NCBI GenBank assembly: GCA_963739515.1
Contig: CAVUAO010000002.1
Span: forward strand, 51,263 to 115,262
Source: an uncultured Chloroflexia bacterium
GTDB lineage: Bacteria; Chloroflexota; Dehalococcoidia; Dehalococcoidales; RBG-16-60-22
Reading direction: 5' to 3'
Length of the DNA stretch: 64,000 nucleotides
Notes under the pieces: model-generated
Told to the model about the DNA's origin: nothing
Database searches by the model: none
Seen by the model: only the letters and a program-made list of their open reading frames with translations
Program-made: the position numbers and the translations under genes
Shown: positions 29,099 to 39,770 of the stretch, one piece after another
How positions within the stretch are numbered: the first letter of the stretch is position 1
How the letters are laid out: each line of letters opens with the position of its first letter

Positions 29099-30565
29099 AT
29101 GTCTACCGCCAAGCTGAAGTTCGCCGCGCTTTTGGTTATTTTTACCGCTTTGGTCTTTACTCTGATACCTCTTCCCGCCCGCGCTGACGGCGGCCCCGTC
29201 GTCCCCCGTGATTTATGGGGAACTATCAAAGAAGGGCAGCAGGTTGCCGTCGTTACTCTGCTCAGCGAACATACCGCCGAAATCGACCTCTTTATCTCGA
29301 TTCTTGATAAGACCGCCCAGTCCCACGACGTGACCTTTTTCGTTCCCGTCGGCACTGACACCTCCGGTTTCTACGCCGTCGAAGAAAGCCTGTCGCAGTT
29401 CAATATCAGTGCTACCAACAATCTGGATAAAATTCTTCGCGACAGCGCGGATAAGAAGAAACACGCCATGCAGGTTCTGTTTTCCGGGGCGCTGTTGACC
29501 AATGGGGCCCTGCTGGTCCCTTTCTGGGCGCCTCTTTTGCTTACCGGCTGCGGCGCCATCGCGCCCGAGGCGGACGTGACCCTGCAAACGGAAAGCTCGG
29601 AGATAAGCATTTTCAGCATCAATGATAACACCGACATTGATGCCTTGATTCAGACTACCGGCTTGCCCCCTTCCGTCGTCGATACTCTGTCCAGGCTTCG
29701 GGGCCAGCAGATTGCCGTGGTGAGAATCGCCACGAATCCCCATGCGGCGCCCGGCAGTGGCACGAGTATTTTCCCTCCCCAGCAGGGATTGCATTTATCC
29801 TGGCGGACCACTCTGGTGCCGGTGGACAACCGGCCTACCTATGCCTACCCCCTGGGCACCGGGGCTTCGTGGTCCAAGCCGATTGAGCTCACCCGGGTTT
29901 ACGTCGTGGCCCCGAAAGGCCTGGATTTCGACGTTACGTATCCCGCTATCGGCTCCGAGCAGTCCGGGTTCGACCTGATTAAGGGCGCGCGGATAGCCCA
30001 ATACTACCAGATACCGTCCTACGCCATCGACGGGGCCAGGGGACGCTTCGGTCGCGTCTGGCGGGCGACCTATACCCAGAGCAACCCGACGGAAGACATC
30101 GTTATCGAGGCTAAAAAGCAGTCGGCTATGGGCAAATTCATGGCTCAACTGGAGGACTCGGCATTGCTGTCCGCGTTCTTTTTTGCGATTATTTTCGGGC
30201 TGGTGATATGGGTTCTTGCCTGGGCTTTGCTCATGCCGCGCTTTTTAGGTCGGGCCGCCGGGCAGCCGCCGCGGCTGGGCTGGTATTACTCGTTGCTCTA
30301 TCCCTGCATTAATATCCTGTTTATGATTTTCCCGGGGGGGATTTTATACGGGCTTTTCCTTCTCGGGGTGACCGTGCCGTCTTTGATTGTGCTGTTTGTC
30401 ATCATGGGTGCGGCTATCATCGGGTTTTTCATCCTTTTTCACGGCGGGCATCTGGGCGTTTCCCGGGGCAAAGCGATAATGTCTTTTGTCTATACCAGCC
30501 TGGTAAGTAGCGCCGCCTATCTGATACTGGCCGTTATCTTTGCTTTCATCGTCAACATTGTTTAA
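29099..30565 (+). CDS. Hypothetical membrane protein (signal peptide, extracellular domain, about 4 C-terminal TM helices)
   Basis: RBS GAGGAGG; ARA-DGG signal cleavage; hydrophobic C-terminus. Confidence 0.8.
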   Translation: MSTAKLKFAALLVIFTALVFTLIPLPARADGGPVVPRDLWGTIKEGQQVAVVTLLSEHTAEIDLFISILDKTAQSHDVTFFVPVGTDTSGFYAVEESLSQFNISATNNLDKILRDSADKKKHAMQVLFSGALLTNGALLVPFWAPLLLTGCGAIAPEADVTLQTESSEISIFSINDNTDIDALIQTTGLPPSVVDTLSRLRGQQIAVVRIATNPHAAPGSGTSIFPPQQGLHLSWRTTLVPVDNRPTYAYPLGTGASWSKPIELTRVYVVAPKGLDFDVTYPAIGSEQSGFDLIKGARIAQYYQIPSYAIDGARGRFGRVWRATYTQSNPTEDIVIEAKKQSAMGKFMAQLEDSALLSAFFFAIIFGLVIWVLAWALLMPRFLGRAAGQPPRLGWYYSLLYPCINILFMIFPGGILYGLFLLGVTVPSLIVLFVIMGAAIIGFFILFHGGHLGVSRGKAIMSFVYTSLVSSAAYLILAVIFAFIVNIV

Positions 30566-30571
30566 CCAATA

Positions 30572-30601
30572 AAAAATCCCCCGGGCAATCAGGGGGATTT
30601 T
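30572..30601. terminator. Bidirectional Rho-independent terminator
   Basis: AAAAATCCCCC-loop-GGGGGATTTT between convergent genes. Confidence 0.75.
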
Positions 30602-30614
30602 AGCTTTAAATAAT

Positions 30615-30691
30615 TGGTAGCGCATACGGGATTCGAACCCGTGATCTCGTCCTTGAGAGGGACGCGTCCTAGGCCGCTAGACGAATGCGCC
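30615..30691 (-). tRNA. tRNA-Glu (CTC)
   Basis: 77-nt cloverleaf GGCGCAT...; anticodon arm CGTCC-CTCTCAA-GGACG; GGTTCGAATCC; CCA. Confidence 0.97.
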
Positions 30692-30732
30692 GCAACGTTT
30701 CATTATCCCTTTTTTGGCAGTTATCCGTCAAG

Positions 30733-31248
30733 CTAAACGCTTTCCAGTATCTCGTTCATTTTTTGCCGCATTTTCTCGGTCAGTTCGACGAGCCGTTTTT
30801 GCTCTTTAGCCTCGAGGGCGCTCATGACTTTATTGGCGCGCTCGTTGCCCCGGGCAAACCGCCGTTTCACGTTCTCCAGGCCCTCGGCCGTCAGCTTTAT
30901 CGAGGTCACCCGCCGGTCTTTATTCGTAAAGTCCCGGACGACCAGCCCCTCTTTTTCCAGGGAGTCGATTATTTTGGTGACGCTGTGCTTGGAGCGCAGC
31001 ATGACGTTGGCGAGCTGTGTCGGCGTCGATTCGCCGCCGCCGAGGAGCAAAAAGTAAAGCGCCGAGCCTTGCAGCCGGCTGATCAAGCTGTCCTGCTTCA
31101 TGGTGATTTCCAGATATCTGATGAGCGTGTCCGCGAACTGCACACACAGCCAGAAGTCCGTTTCTTTAATCTGTTTTAAAACGCCCTTGATGTCCTCGGG
31201 TACAGGCGGTTGCCGCGATTTTTGAGCGGTTTTTCTCTTTACTGCCAT
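30733..31248 (-). CDS. MarR family transcriptional regulator
   Basis: TPTQLA...SVTKIIDSLEKEGLV, DRR, LT.EG. Confidence 0.92.
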   Translation of the reverse strand: MAVKRKTAQKSRQPPVPEDIKGVLKQIKETDFWLCVQFADTLIRYLEITMKQDSLISRLQGSALYFLLLGGGESTPTQLANVMLRSKHSVTKIIDSLEKEGLVVRDFTNKDRRVTSIKLTAEGLENVKRRFARGNERANKVMSALEAKEQKRLVELTEKMRQKMNEILESV

Positions 31249-31272
31249 TCAAGTTTGTCTTTCTCTTGATTT

Positions 31273-32055
31273 TTATCCTGAGGTCATGCCCCCGTCGATG
31301 GGCATCGCGTGTCCGGTGATAAACGATGCCTCGTCGGAGCACAGCCAGATGACGGCCTCGGCCATGTCTTCGGGCGTGCCTATCCGCCTCATGGGAATGA
31401 TGTTCATCATCTGTTCTTTTTGTCCGGGTGTTGCCCCGGTCAGGTATTCAAATAGCAGCGTTCTCTCCGTCGGTCCCGGCAATATCGTATTGACGCGGAT
31501 GCCGGCAGTGGCGCCTTCCAGAGCACCGGTCTTGGTCAGCGCTATCAAGCCGCTTTTACTGGCATTGTACGCGCAGAAGCCCGGTACGGGTTTCCATGCC
31601 CCGACCGACGCGGTATTGACGATGACGCCGTATTTCTGCCGGAGCATCTGTTTCATCTCGTATTTCATGCACAGGAAAACGCCCTTAAGGTTGATATCTA
31701 TCGTGCGGTCCCAGATTTCCTCCGGGCAATCCACGATGTTGACGAGGGGCACGCGCTTGCCGTCCGGCCCGATGCCGGCGTTATTGAAGGCGTAGTCCAG
31801 CCGACCGTACATCTGGACGCATTTGGTGACCATCGCCTCGACCTCGCCCGCTTTTGCCACGTCGCACTTGATGAAGCTCGCTTCTCCGCCGGCCTTTTTA
31901 ATGGTGCTCACCGTCTCTTCCCCGCCTTTGATGTTGGCGTCGGTGGCGACGATTACCCTGGCTCCCTCGCGCGCGAAAATCTGCGCCGTCACCTTGCCTA
32001 TCCCCGAAGCCCCGCCGGTCACTAGCGCTACTCTGCCTTGAAATTTCTTCGGCAT
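31273..32055 (-). CDS. SDR family oxidoreductase
   Basis: TGGASGIG, NNAG, YNASK. Confidence 0.95.
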   Translation of the reverse strand: MPKKFQGRVALVTGGASGIGKVTAQIFAREGARVIVATDANIKGGEETVSTIKKAGGEASFIKCDVAKAGEVEAMVTKCVQMYGRLDYAFNNAGIGPDGKRVPLVNIVDCPEEIWDRTIDINLKGVFLCMKYEMKQMLRQKYGVIVNTASVGAWKPVPGFCAYNASKSGLIALTKTGALEGATAGIRVNTILPGPTERTLLFEYLTGATPGQKEQMMNIIPMRRIGTPEDMAEAVIWLCSDEASFITGHAMPIDGGMTSG

Positions 32056-32100
32056 TTCTTTCTCCTTCCAAACATTATATCCAAATTATATCACACTTAG

Positions 32101-32142
32101 ATAATATAACTATTATACTATTTTATTTTTCGTTAAAATAGT
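32101..32142. promoter_or_regulatory. AT-rich inverted repeats in the divergent promoter (candidate MarR operators)
   Basis: ATAAT-N6-ATTAT (32101-32116) and ACTATTTT-N10-AAAATAGT (32117-32142), just before TATAAT. Confidence 0.45.
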
Positions 32143-32243
32143 GCTAGTATAATGTGGATTGGATGCATTGTCAATTTTTAGGGGCTTGCTTTAGGCTTAT
32201 TTAGTATTATACATTAAGGCATCGATATTTAAGGAGGCCGACC

Positions 32244-33050
32244 GTGTTGCTGGAGAACAGGGTAGCTATCGTTACCGGGGGCGCCAAGGGCATGGGCCGC
32301 GCCATCGCTTTGAAATTCGCCGGGGAGGGCTGTGACGTCGTCGTCAACGCCCTGCATATCGAGGGCGCCCGTAAGGTCGCCGACGAGATTAAAGCCCTGG
32401 GGCGCCGGTCCCTGGCGATCAAAGCCGATATCTCGAAAAGCGCCGAGGTCAACGCTATGGTGGCCCGGACGATTAAAAAGTTCGGTAAAATCGATATCCT
32501 GGTGAACAATGCCGGCGGCGTCGGCGTTAAGGGCGGCGATAGCGCCACCGCCACTGAGGCGGACTGGGACCGGATACTGGATGTCAATTTGAAAGGCGCA
32601 TTTTTGTGCTGTATCGCGGTTATTCCCTATATGAAAAAGCAGCGCTACGGCAAAATCATTAACCTTTCCTCGATGGGCGCCGTCCATCCTGCGGTTTCTG
32701 TGCTTCACTATCATTCCGCCAAGGCCGGTATATTGGGCTTGACCACCAACCTGGCTTTCGAGCTGGCGCCTTGCGGTATCTACTGCAACGCTATCGTGCC
32801 CGGCCCCATCGAGACGCCGTTCTGGGATTCGCTCCAGCCGCCGGGACCCGAGCGGGACGCCTTCTTTGCCGCGTTGTGTAAAAAGGAGGTGCCGCTGGGG
32901 AGGATGGGCAAGCCGGAGGATATCGCCGGGCCGGCTTTGTTCCTGGCGTCAGGCATGTCCGACTACGTTACCGGGCAGGTCATTTACGCTGCCGGGGGCC
33001 AGCCGATATCGGCGCAGGCCGCCACGTTTTTATCCGCCCCTCAAGACTAA
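32244..33050 (+). CDS. SDR family oxidoreductase
   Basis: TGGAKGMG, NNAG, YHSAK; GTG start after AAGGAGG. Confidence 0.95.
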   Translation: MLLENRVAIVTGGAKGMGRAIALKFAGEGCDVVVNALHIEGARKVADEIKALGRRSLAIKADISKSAEVNAMVARTIKKFGKIDILVNNAGGVGVKGGDSATATEADWDRILDVNLKGAFLCCIAVIPYMKKQRYGKIINLSSMGAVHPAVSVLHYHSAKAGILGLTTNLAFELAPCGIYCNAIVPGPIETPFWDSLQPPGPERDAFFAALCKKEVPLGRMGKPEDIAGPALFLASGMSDYVTGQVIYAAGGQPISAQAATFLSAPQD

Positions 33051-33075
33051 TCACTAGCAGCTAGCGGAGGTTAGC

Positions 33076-34537
33076 ATGAAAAGACCCAGGATTGTGAATA
33101 AGCGTATTGACGACGATTTGTTGATGAAAAAGCGCCGCGAGGAGCTGGATAAGTGGCCCACCGGCAAAGAGGTGGACTTCGATGAGGCGGTGGCTTACCA
33201 GAAAAGCCTGCCGGACTCAAAAATCTGGTGGAAGGTGATGGTAAAGCTCCGCGATGAAGGCCGGATGAGCGTTTTCCCCCGCGCCGGCACCCCCATCCTG
33301 GAAAAAATGATTGAGCTCTGCCAGGGACTCCGCGATTCCGGCGTCGTCCTCATCCCCGTGACCACGGATAGCTATACCCGCCTCGGCCAGTACGAAAAGG
33401 TCGAGGAAATTCTCAAGGAGTGCTACCGCACCGGCCAGCCTCTCCTGAACGGCTTTCCCATCATTAACTATGGAGTTAATAAGACCCGCAAGCTGATTGA
33501 AAGCGTCGATGCTGCTTTCAGTCCCCGCGGCGCCGGCGGGGAAATCGCCATCGCCTCCGGCATGACCACCGCCGAGGCCGGCCTGGGCTTTTTAGCCTGG
33601 GGCAGCTATTCCAAGAAGATGACTATCCGCGAGCTGGTGGAGAGCAGCCAGAACGGTATGCGGACCATCGGCTGGTACGCCGATAGGGGCGTGATATTGT
33701 GCAAAGACCTCCATGGCTGGCTCCCCGGCGCGCCTTTCCCCCTGAGCGTCAATATCGTCTGTCATGATTATCGAGGCGCTGACGGCGGCGGAGCAGGGCC
33801 AGAAAGCCCTGTATCCGCTGGTGCACTGCATGGGCAACATGGCGCAGGACATGGCCTGGATTCGCCTCGCCCCGCGACTCATCCGCGAGTATCTTGACAA
33901 GTTCGGCTATAGGGACTGCCAGATTATCGGCACCTGTCCCGCCCAGACGCCGCTTTTCCCCGTCGCCATGGACCTGGGCGGCGCTTTCGCCTATCTGAGT
34001 TACGTTTCGATGGTCGGCGCGCTGGCCAGGGCTAACGCCGTCGACCTCCGCAGCATTGATGAAGGGGCCGGCGTTCCCACTCAGGAGACCCACAAGGTGA
34101 GCTACCGCGCCGCCAAGTGGATTTTCGACGTTGTCCGCGAGCAGAAAATCGATATTCAGGTAAAAGATATTGAAGTCGAAGAAAAGATTACCGAAGCTGA
34201 GGTCAGGGCTATTTTTTACCGGATTTTGGACCTCGGCGACGGTGATGTCGTCGACGGCACCATCAAGGCCGTCGAGTCCGGCGTGCTGGATTCCCCATGG
34301 AGTCCCAACGTTAACGTTAAGGATAAAGTGCTGGGCGTGAGGGATGCCCGCGGCGCCTGCCGCTACCTGGAGTTTGGCAACCTCCCCATCCCCAAATACA
34401 TCAAGGAGTTCCACCGCCGCAAAATAGCCGAGCGGGAGAAGCTGGAAGGCAAAAAAGCGGATTACCATACCGCCGTTAAGGACCTCTGGAGCCTCAGCAA
34501 GGGTAAAATCGTGGGTATCCCGCCTTTTAATCAGTAA
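33076..34537 (+). CDS. glmE: Divergent glutamate/methylaspartate mutase epsilon subunit-like protein (one frameshift near 33762)
   Basis: WPTG, PRAG, DSYTR, LLNGFPIINYG, IIEAL.AAEQG and RDARGA.RYLEFGNLP motifs spread over two ORFs that join after removing one base. Confidence 0.85.
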
Positions 34538-34562
34538 TTGACATAATAATGGGAGAATCGCT

Positions 34563-34988
34563 ATGAAAAGAGTACCGACAGTCATTACGGGAACGGTAGG
34601 GATGGACGCGCACGTCATCGGCACCAAGGTTCTCTCCCGCGCTTTACGGGACGCCGGCTTTAAGGTCGTCGAGCTGGGCATGCAGGTCTCCCCGGAAGAA
34701 TTTATCAGCGTCGCCCAGGAGACCCGGGCGGACGCCATCCTGATGAGCTCGCTTTACGGCATGGCTGAACTCGACCTCAAAGGCTTTAACGAGAAACGAC
34801 TTGAAGCCGGACTCGGTGATGTTCTGCTCTATATCGGCGGGAACCTGGTCATCGGTCGGTCCGACCCGCAGGAGGTCGAGAAAAAGTTTAAAGCCCTGGG
34901 GTTCGATAGGGTCTACCCGCCGGAGACCGACACCGGGGTCGGCATCGCCGACCTCATTAACGACCTTAAAGCTAAAGAAAAATTCTAG
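34563..34988 (+). CDS. glmS: Mutase B12-binding sigma subunit
   Basis: DAHVIG base-off/His-on motif, SSLYG, YIGGNL, GFDRVYPP. Confidence 0.92.
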   Translation: MKRVPTVITGTVGMDAHVIGTKVLSRALRDAGFKVVELGMQVSPEEFISVAQETRADAILMSSLYGMAELDLKGFNEKRLEAGLGDVLLYIGGNLVIGRSDPQEVEKKFKALGFDRVYPPETDTGVGIADLINDLKAKEKF

Positions 34989-35014
34989 TGTCATTCTGAG
35001 CGAAGCGAAGAATC
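34988..35014. repeat. Half-copy of a GTCATTCTGAGCGAAGCGAAGAATC-type intergenic repeat
   Basis: Fills almost the whole gap between the S subunit and GlmL genes; no inverted partner seen. Confidence 0.5.
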
Positions 35015-35020
35015 CGTAAT

Positions 35021-36388
35021 ATGGACGATATCCGGCTTCTCATTGATTTCGGCAGCACCTTCACCAAGGTCGTCGCCGTCGACCTCGCCAAAATCGAGGT
35101 CGTGGCTACCGCCCGGGTGCCCTCCACCGTGGACACCGATATCACTTTAGGGCTGGAGGAAGCTTTAGGGCAGATTGCCCAAAAAACCAGCCTGACCAAC
35201 CTCGAAAAGAAGGAAGCCCTCGCCTGCTCCAGCGCCGCCGGCGGCCTGCGTATGGTCTGCGCCGGCTTCGTGCCCGAGCTCACCAGCAAGGCGGCCAGCC
35301 TCGCGGCTTTAGGGGCGGGCGCTAAGGTGGTTGGCAGCTATTCTTATAAGCTAACCGAATCTGAAGTCCATGAAATCGAGTCGTCCGCTCCGGATATCCT
35401 CCTCCTCTCCGGCGGCACGGACGGTGGTGACGAGCAGGTCATTATTCACAACTCCCGCCTGTTTGCCCACACCGGCACCGCTATTAAGAATGTCATCATC
35501 GCGGGTAATAAGACCGCTTATGACGAAATTAAAACCATCTTTAAAGATAGTCCTAAAAACGTTATTTATACCAGGAACGTCATGCCGGAGATAGGTGTGC
35601 TGGATGTCGCCCCGTGCAATAAAGAAATCCGCGCCCTCTTTATGCGGAACATTATCGAGGCTAAAGGCATCGCCAGAGCCAGGGCAATCATCAAGGACGT
35701 CATTATGCCCACCCCTTCCGCCGTTTTAGAGGCCGCCAAGCTTATCGCCGGCGGCTATAAAAACGATGCCGGTTTCGGGGAGCTTATCGTTATCGACCCC
35801 GGTGGCGCTACCACGGACGTCCATTCCATCGCTAAGGGCGCTCCCGCCCGACCCGATATCGTGATGGTCGGCCTGCCGGAGCCTTATGAAAAGAGGACGG
35901 TTGAAGGCGACCTCGGCCTGAAATATAATCTGGACCGGCTTTTGGAGCTGGTCGGCGATCGGGAAACGCCGCCCGGTTTTGCCGCTGTTGTCCGCCGCTT
36001 CCGGGAGGGCGCTTTGCCCTGTAATCAGGAAGAGTTTGCCTGCCATCGGCTTTTGTCTCGCCTTATGGTAGAGGTGGCGATGGAACGCCACGCCGGCCGG
36101 CTCGAAGTCGTCTATAGTCCCGCCGGCGAGAGGCTTATCCAGCACGGCAAGGACCTCACCGGCGTGAAGACCGTTATCGGTACGGGCGGCCCGATTATTT
36201 TTTCGGATAGCCCGCGGCAAATCCTGGAGGGCGTCCTCTTCCGTGAGGAAAATCCGTTCGTTTTGAAGCCCAAAAATCCCGCATTTTATCTGGACGAGCT
36301 ATATCTTCTCTATGCGGTGGGCTTGCTCGCCCAGGTCGAGCCGGCCAGGGCGTTGTCACTTGCCAGAAAGTATCTCAAATCAATATAG
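35021..36388 (+). CDS. glmL: Mutase accessory/reactivase protein GlmL
   Basis: DFGSTFTK, CSSAAGGL, GGTDGG, MPTP, DPGGATTDVHS, KRTVEGDLG. Confidence 0.93.
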   Translation: MDDIRLLIDFGSTFTKVVAVDLAKIEVVATARVPSTVDTDITLGLEEALGQIAQKTSLTNLEKKEALACSSAAGGLRMVCAGFVPELTSKAASLAALGAGAKVVGSYSYKLTESEVHEIESSAPDILLLSGGTDGGDEQVIIHNSRLFAHTGTAIKNVIIAGNKTAYDEIKTIFKDSPKNVIYTRNVMPEIGVLDVAPCNKEIRALFMRNIIEAKGIARARAIIKDVIMPTPSAVLEAAKLIAGGYKNDAGFGELIVIDPGGATTDVHSIAKGAPARPDIVMVGLPEPYEKRTVEGDLGLKYNLDRLLELVGDRETPPGFAAVVRRFREGALPCNQEEFACHRLLSRLMVEVAMERHAGRLEVVYSPAGERLIQHGKDLTGVKTVIGTGGPIIFSDSPRQILEGVLFREENPFVLKPKNPAFYLDELYLLYAVGLLAQVEPARALSLARKYLKSI

Positions 36389-36398
36389 TAAGGGTAAA

Positions 36399-37633
36399 AT
36401 GTTAAGCCATCTTCGCGCTTTAGACTTGACCGACGATAAGGGGTTCCTCTGCGGCAAAATCCTGGCCGACCTCGGTGTGAACGTTATCAAGGTCGAAAAG
36501 CCCGGCGGCGACCCCTCGCGTAACATTGGCCCGTTCTGGGGCGGCCAACTTGGTCTCGAGAGAAGTCTTTACTGGTTCGCCTATAACTCCAATAAAAAGG
36601 GCATCACGCTGGATATTGAAAAATCTAAAGGCAGGGAGACCTTTAAAAAGCTCGTTAGTATCGCCGACTTCGTTATCGAGTCGTTCCCGCCGGACTATCT
36701 GGATAAGCTCGGCGTAGGCTATCAGGATTTAAGCAGAGATAATAAAAAGCTCATCTGGGCGTCGATTACCCCCTTCGGCTCGCAGGGTCCGTATCGCGAC
36801 TACAAGGACTCGGATATCGTCGTTATGGGCCTGAGCGGTACGCTCTACCAGACCGGCGAGGCCGATGGTCCGCCCGTCCATATCAGTATCCCCCAGGCTT
36901 CCCTGCACGCCGGCGCCGATGCCGCCGTCGGCTGTATGGTGGCCTATTACCACCGGGAAAAGACCGGCCTGGGCCAGCACGTCGATGTCTCGATGCAGCA
37001 GTCCGCCGCCTGGTTCCAGGCTAATGCCGTGCCCGTGTACGAGCTCAACGGCACTATCTTAAAGCGCGCCGGGGCTTTCCGCGCCGGCATGAGCTCGCAG
37101 GTGGCGCAGCGGCAGGTCTGGCGCTGTAGGGACGGCTATGTCTTTTTCAACGTCATCGGCGGCCGCACCGGTGCCAAAACGCTGGGTTCTTTAGTCGCCT
37201 GGATGCACGAGGAAAACCTGGCTACCGATTTCCTTCTCCATCTGGACTGGGACAATTTCGACATGTTCAACGTCAGCCGTGAGGTCATGGATAAGATATC
37301 CGGTCCGGTAGGGGATTTTTTCCTGAAACACACTAGGAAAGAATTGCTTCAGGGCGCCGTGTTGAGCGCGGCGTCTCGTTAGGCCCACTTTCCAGTATGC
37401 AGGACCTGCTCGATGACGAGTGCCTTAACGCCCGTCATTACTGGACACAGATTGCCCACCCGGAGCTTAGCGCGAACATTACGTATCCCAAAGAATATAT
37501 CCACTCGTCTTTGGCCGACCTCTCCACGCGCTTGCGCGCTCCTCTCGTCGGTGAGCACAACGCCGAGGTCTATAAAGAGATTGGACTTTCCAAAAAAGAA
37601 CTGCAATCTTTGAAAAAAGATGGGGTAATTTAA
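36399..37633 (+). CDS. Class III (CaiB/BaiF) CoA-transferase, subunit A (frameshift near 37360)
   Basis: LADLG.NVIKVE.PGGD, N.NKK; removing a duplicated GT restores AVERGVSLGPLSSMQDLL...APLVGEHN. Confidence 0.85.
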
Positions 37634-38856
37634 TGCAAAAACGGGAAGGCGTCTTCAGCGGACTTAAAATACTCTCTTTCTCCTGGGCGGTGGTCGGCCC
37701 CTTGACGATGAAGTTTTTCGCTGACCATGGTGCCACGGTTATCCGTATCGAGACAAGTCAGCGCCCCTGCACCATGCGCTCGTCCGCCCCTTATAAAGAT
37801 AATCAGCCCGGCCTGAACCGCGGCGGCTATTTCACCTATTATAACGCCAACATCCTGAGCTTCGCCCTCAATATGAACCACCCTAAAGCCCATGAGATTG
37901 CCCGCAGGCTGGTCGCCTGGTGCGATGTTTTCATGGAAAACTATACCCCCGGTGTCATGGAAAAGTGGGGACTCGATTACGATAGCCTGAAGAAGATTAA
38001 ACCGGATATCATTATGCTGCGCCAGAGTGGCTACGGCTCCTGGGGGCCCTATAAAAACCTGCCGGCTTTCGGCATGGTGCTGGGTCCTATCGCCGGACTC
38101 CCCAACTTTATCGGCTGGCCCGGCAAAGAGCCGCTGCCCGTCGGCGTCTCTGCCTATACGGACTGTATTGCCCCGCGCTTCGCCTCTGCCGCTTTAATCG
38201 CCGCCCTGGATTACCGCAACCGGACCGGCAAAGGCCAGTTGCTGGACGTTTCCCAGTTCGAGGCCGCTATCTCTTTCATCCTGCCCGGCCTGCTGGAATA
38301 CGAAAGCACCGGCCAGGAGCCTGAACGTGTCGGTAACTCTTCGCCTTATGCCGCCCCTCACGGTGTCTATCGCTGTCAGGGCGCCGACCGCTGGTGTACC
38401 ATTGCCGTAACTACCGACGAAGAATGGCAGAGCCTTTGCCGTGAAATGGGCAAACCCGGACTAACCAAAGACAATCGCTTCAATACTCTGGAAAATCGTC
38501 AGAAAAATGAGGATGCGCTGAACCAAATAGTCGAGACATGGACGGCTCATCAGACCCCGGAGGCTGTGATGGCCCGACTTCAGGCGGTCGGCGTGCCGGC
38601 GGGCGTCGTGTCCAATACCGCCGACATGCTTAATGACCCGCAGTTGAAGCAGCGCAACATCTTCTGGCCCATGCACCACACTGAAATGGGCGATTTCACC
38701 CACCTTGGCCAGAGCTTCCAGCTGTCGGCAACGCCCGCCCGGCCTTATTCCCCCGCCCCCCTCCTCGGCGAGCACACCGAGTCAATCTGTACGGAAATCC
38801 TCGGCATGGCCGACGAAGAGTTTATCAGCCTGATGCAGGAAGGCGTTTTTGAGTAA
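37633..38856 (+). CDS. Class III (CaiB/BaiF) CoA-transferase, subunit B
   Basis: ADHGATVIRIE, ENYTPGVM, YTD catalytic Asp, APLLGEHT. Confidence 0.93.
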   Translation: MQKREGVFSGLKILSFSWAVVGPLTMKFFADHGATVIRIETSQRPCTMRSSAPYKDNQPGLNRGGYFTYYNANILSFALNMNHPKAHEIARRLVAWCDVFMENYTPGVMEKWGLDYDSLKKIKPDIIMLRQSGYGSWGPYKNLPAFGMVLGPIAGLPNFIGWPGKEPLPVGVSAYTDCIAPRFASAALIAALDYRNRTGKGQLLDVSQFEAAISFILPGLLEYESTGQEPERVGNSSPYAAPHGVYRCQGADRWCTIAVTTDEEWQSLCREMGKPGLTKDNRFNTLENRQKNEDALNQIVETWTAHQTPEAVMARLQAVGVPAGVVSNTADMLNDPQLKQRNIFWPMHHTEMGDFTHLGQSFQLSATPARPYSPAPLLGEHTESICTEILGMADEEFISLMQEGVFE

Positions 38857-38892
38857 ATAGTCTTATAATATGTAAATAAATGGAGGTAGACC

Positions 38893-39768
38893 ATGCTTAA
38901 GTTTAAAAAAGCCGGCGACTTTAAGGACGTTATTTATGAGAGGAGCGGCTACGTCGCCCGCATTACGCTAAACGACCCCGACACTATGAATACCGGCGTC
39001 AAGGATTTCTGGAAGGCGCTTTCCGTCGTGGAGGAGGCGGATGACCTTAAGGTTCTCATTATCAAGGGGGCGGGGCGCGCTCTGGCTGCCGGCGCTCCCC
39101 TTAACGAGGTCGGCTTCGTCTACGGCTGGAAGGAGCCGAAACACGGTGAAAAAGCCCCCAAAACCGCCCTCCGCACCCGCCTTAAGTTCGATCGGAAACT
39201 TTTTTACGAGTGCGCCCAGAAGCTGCTCTTTTTCCCCAAGATAACGGTCGTGCAGGCGCACGGCTTCCTGCTCGGCGCTTCCATGGATATGTACATGCTG
39301 TGCGACTTTATCGTCGGTGCCGATGACTGCAAGTTCGGGGAAATCGAGGTCAGGCTGGGCATCCCCAACCTCACGATTACTCCCATCATGATACTGCGCT
39401 GCGGCCTTACCAATGCCCTCGACCTCTGTCTGACCGGCCGCATGATTGATGGCAGCGAAGCCGCCCGCATCGGCCTTATCAACCGCGCCGTCCCCGCTGA
39501 CAAGCTGGAAAAAGAGGTCAACCGTTACGCCGAGGGCTTCTCCAAATTCCCCTTCGACGGTATTGCCATGGGCAAGACCTCCAAGCAAATCGTTTACGAC
39601 ATGATGGGTATTACCACCGGCCTGACCAACCACTTTATGATGCACACCCTGGGCACGAATATCCACTTCGAAGAGGATGAATTCAATTTCTTCAAGGCGC
39701 GGCGCGATATGGGCGTACGCGATGCCATCCACGCCCGCAATAAACTCTATGAGCAACTGGACAAATAA
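38893..39768 (+). CDS. Enoyl-CoA hydratase/isomerase (crotonase) family protein
   Basis: GAGRALAAG, FGEIEVRLG, LTGR.IDGSEA..IGLINR. Confidence 0.9.
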   Translation: MLKFKKAGDFKDVIYERSGYVARITLNDPDTMNTGVKDFWKALSVVEEADDLKVLIIKGAGRALAAGAPLNEVGFVYGWKEPKHGEKAPKTALRTRLKFDRKLFYECAQKLLFFPKITVVQAHGFLLGASMDMYMLCDFIVGADDCKFGEIEVRLGIPNLTITPIMILRCGLTNALDLCLTGRMIDGSEAARIGLINRAVPADKLEKEVNRYAEGFSKFPFDGIAMGKTSKQIVYDMMGITTGLTNHFMMHTLGTNIHFEEDEFNFFKARRDMGVRDAIHARNKLYEQLDK

Positions 39769-39770
39769 AA

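Noticed and set aside
33740-33780. Programmed frameshift or naturally split mutase E subunit
   Set aside because: There is no slippery sequence and no RBS for the second ORF, and similar single-base indels occur throughout the window.
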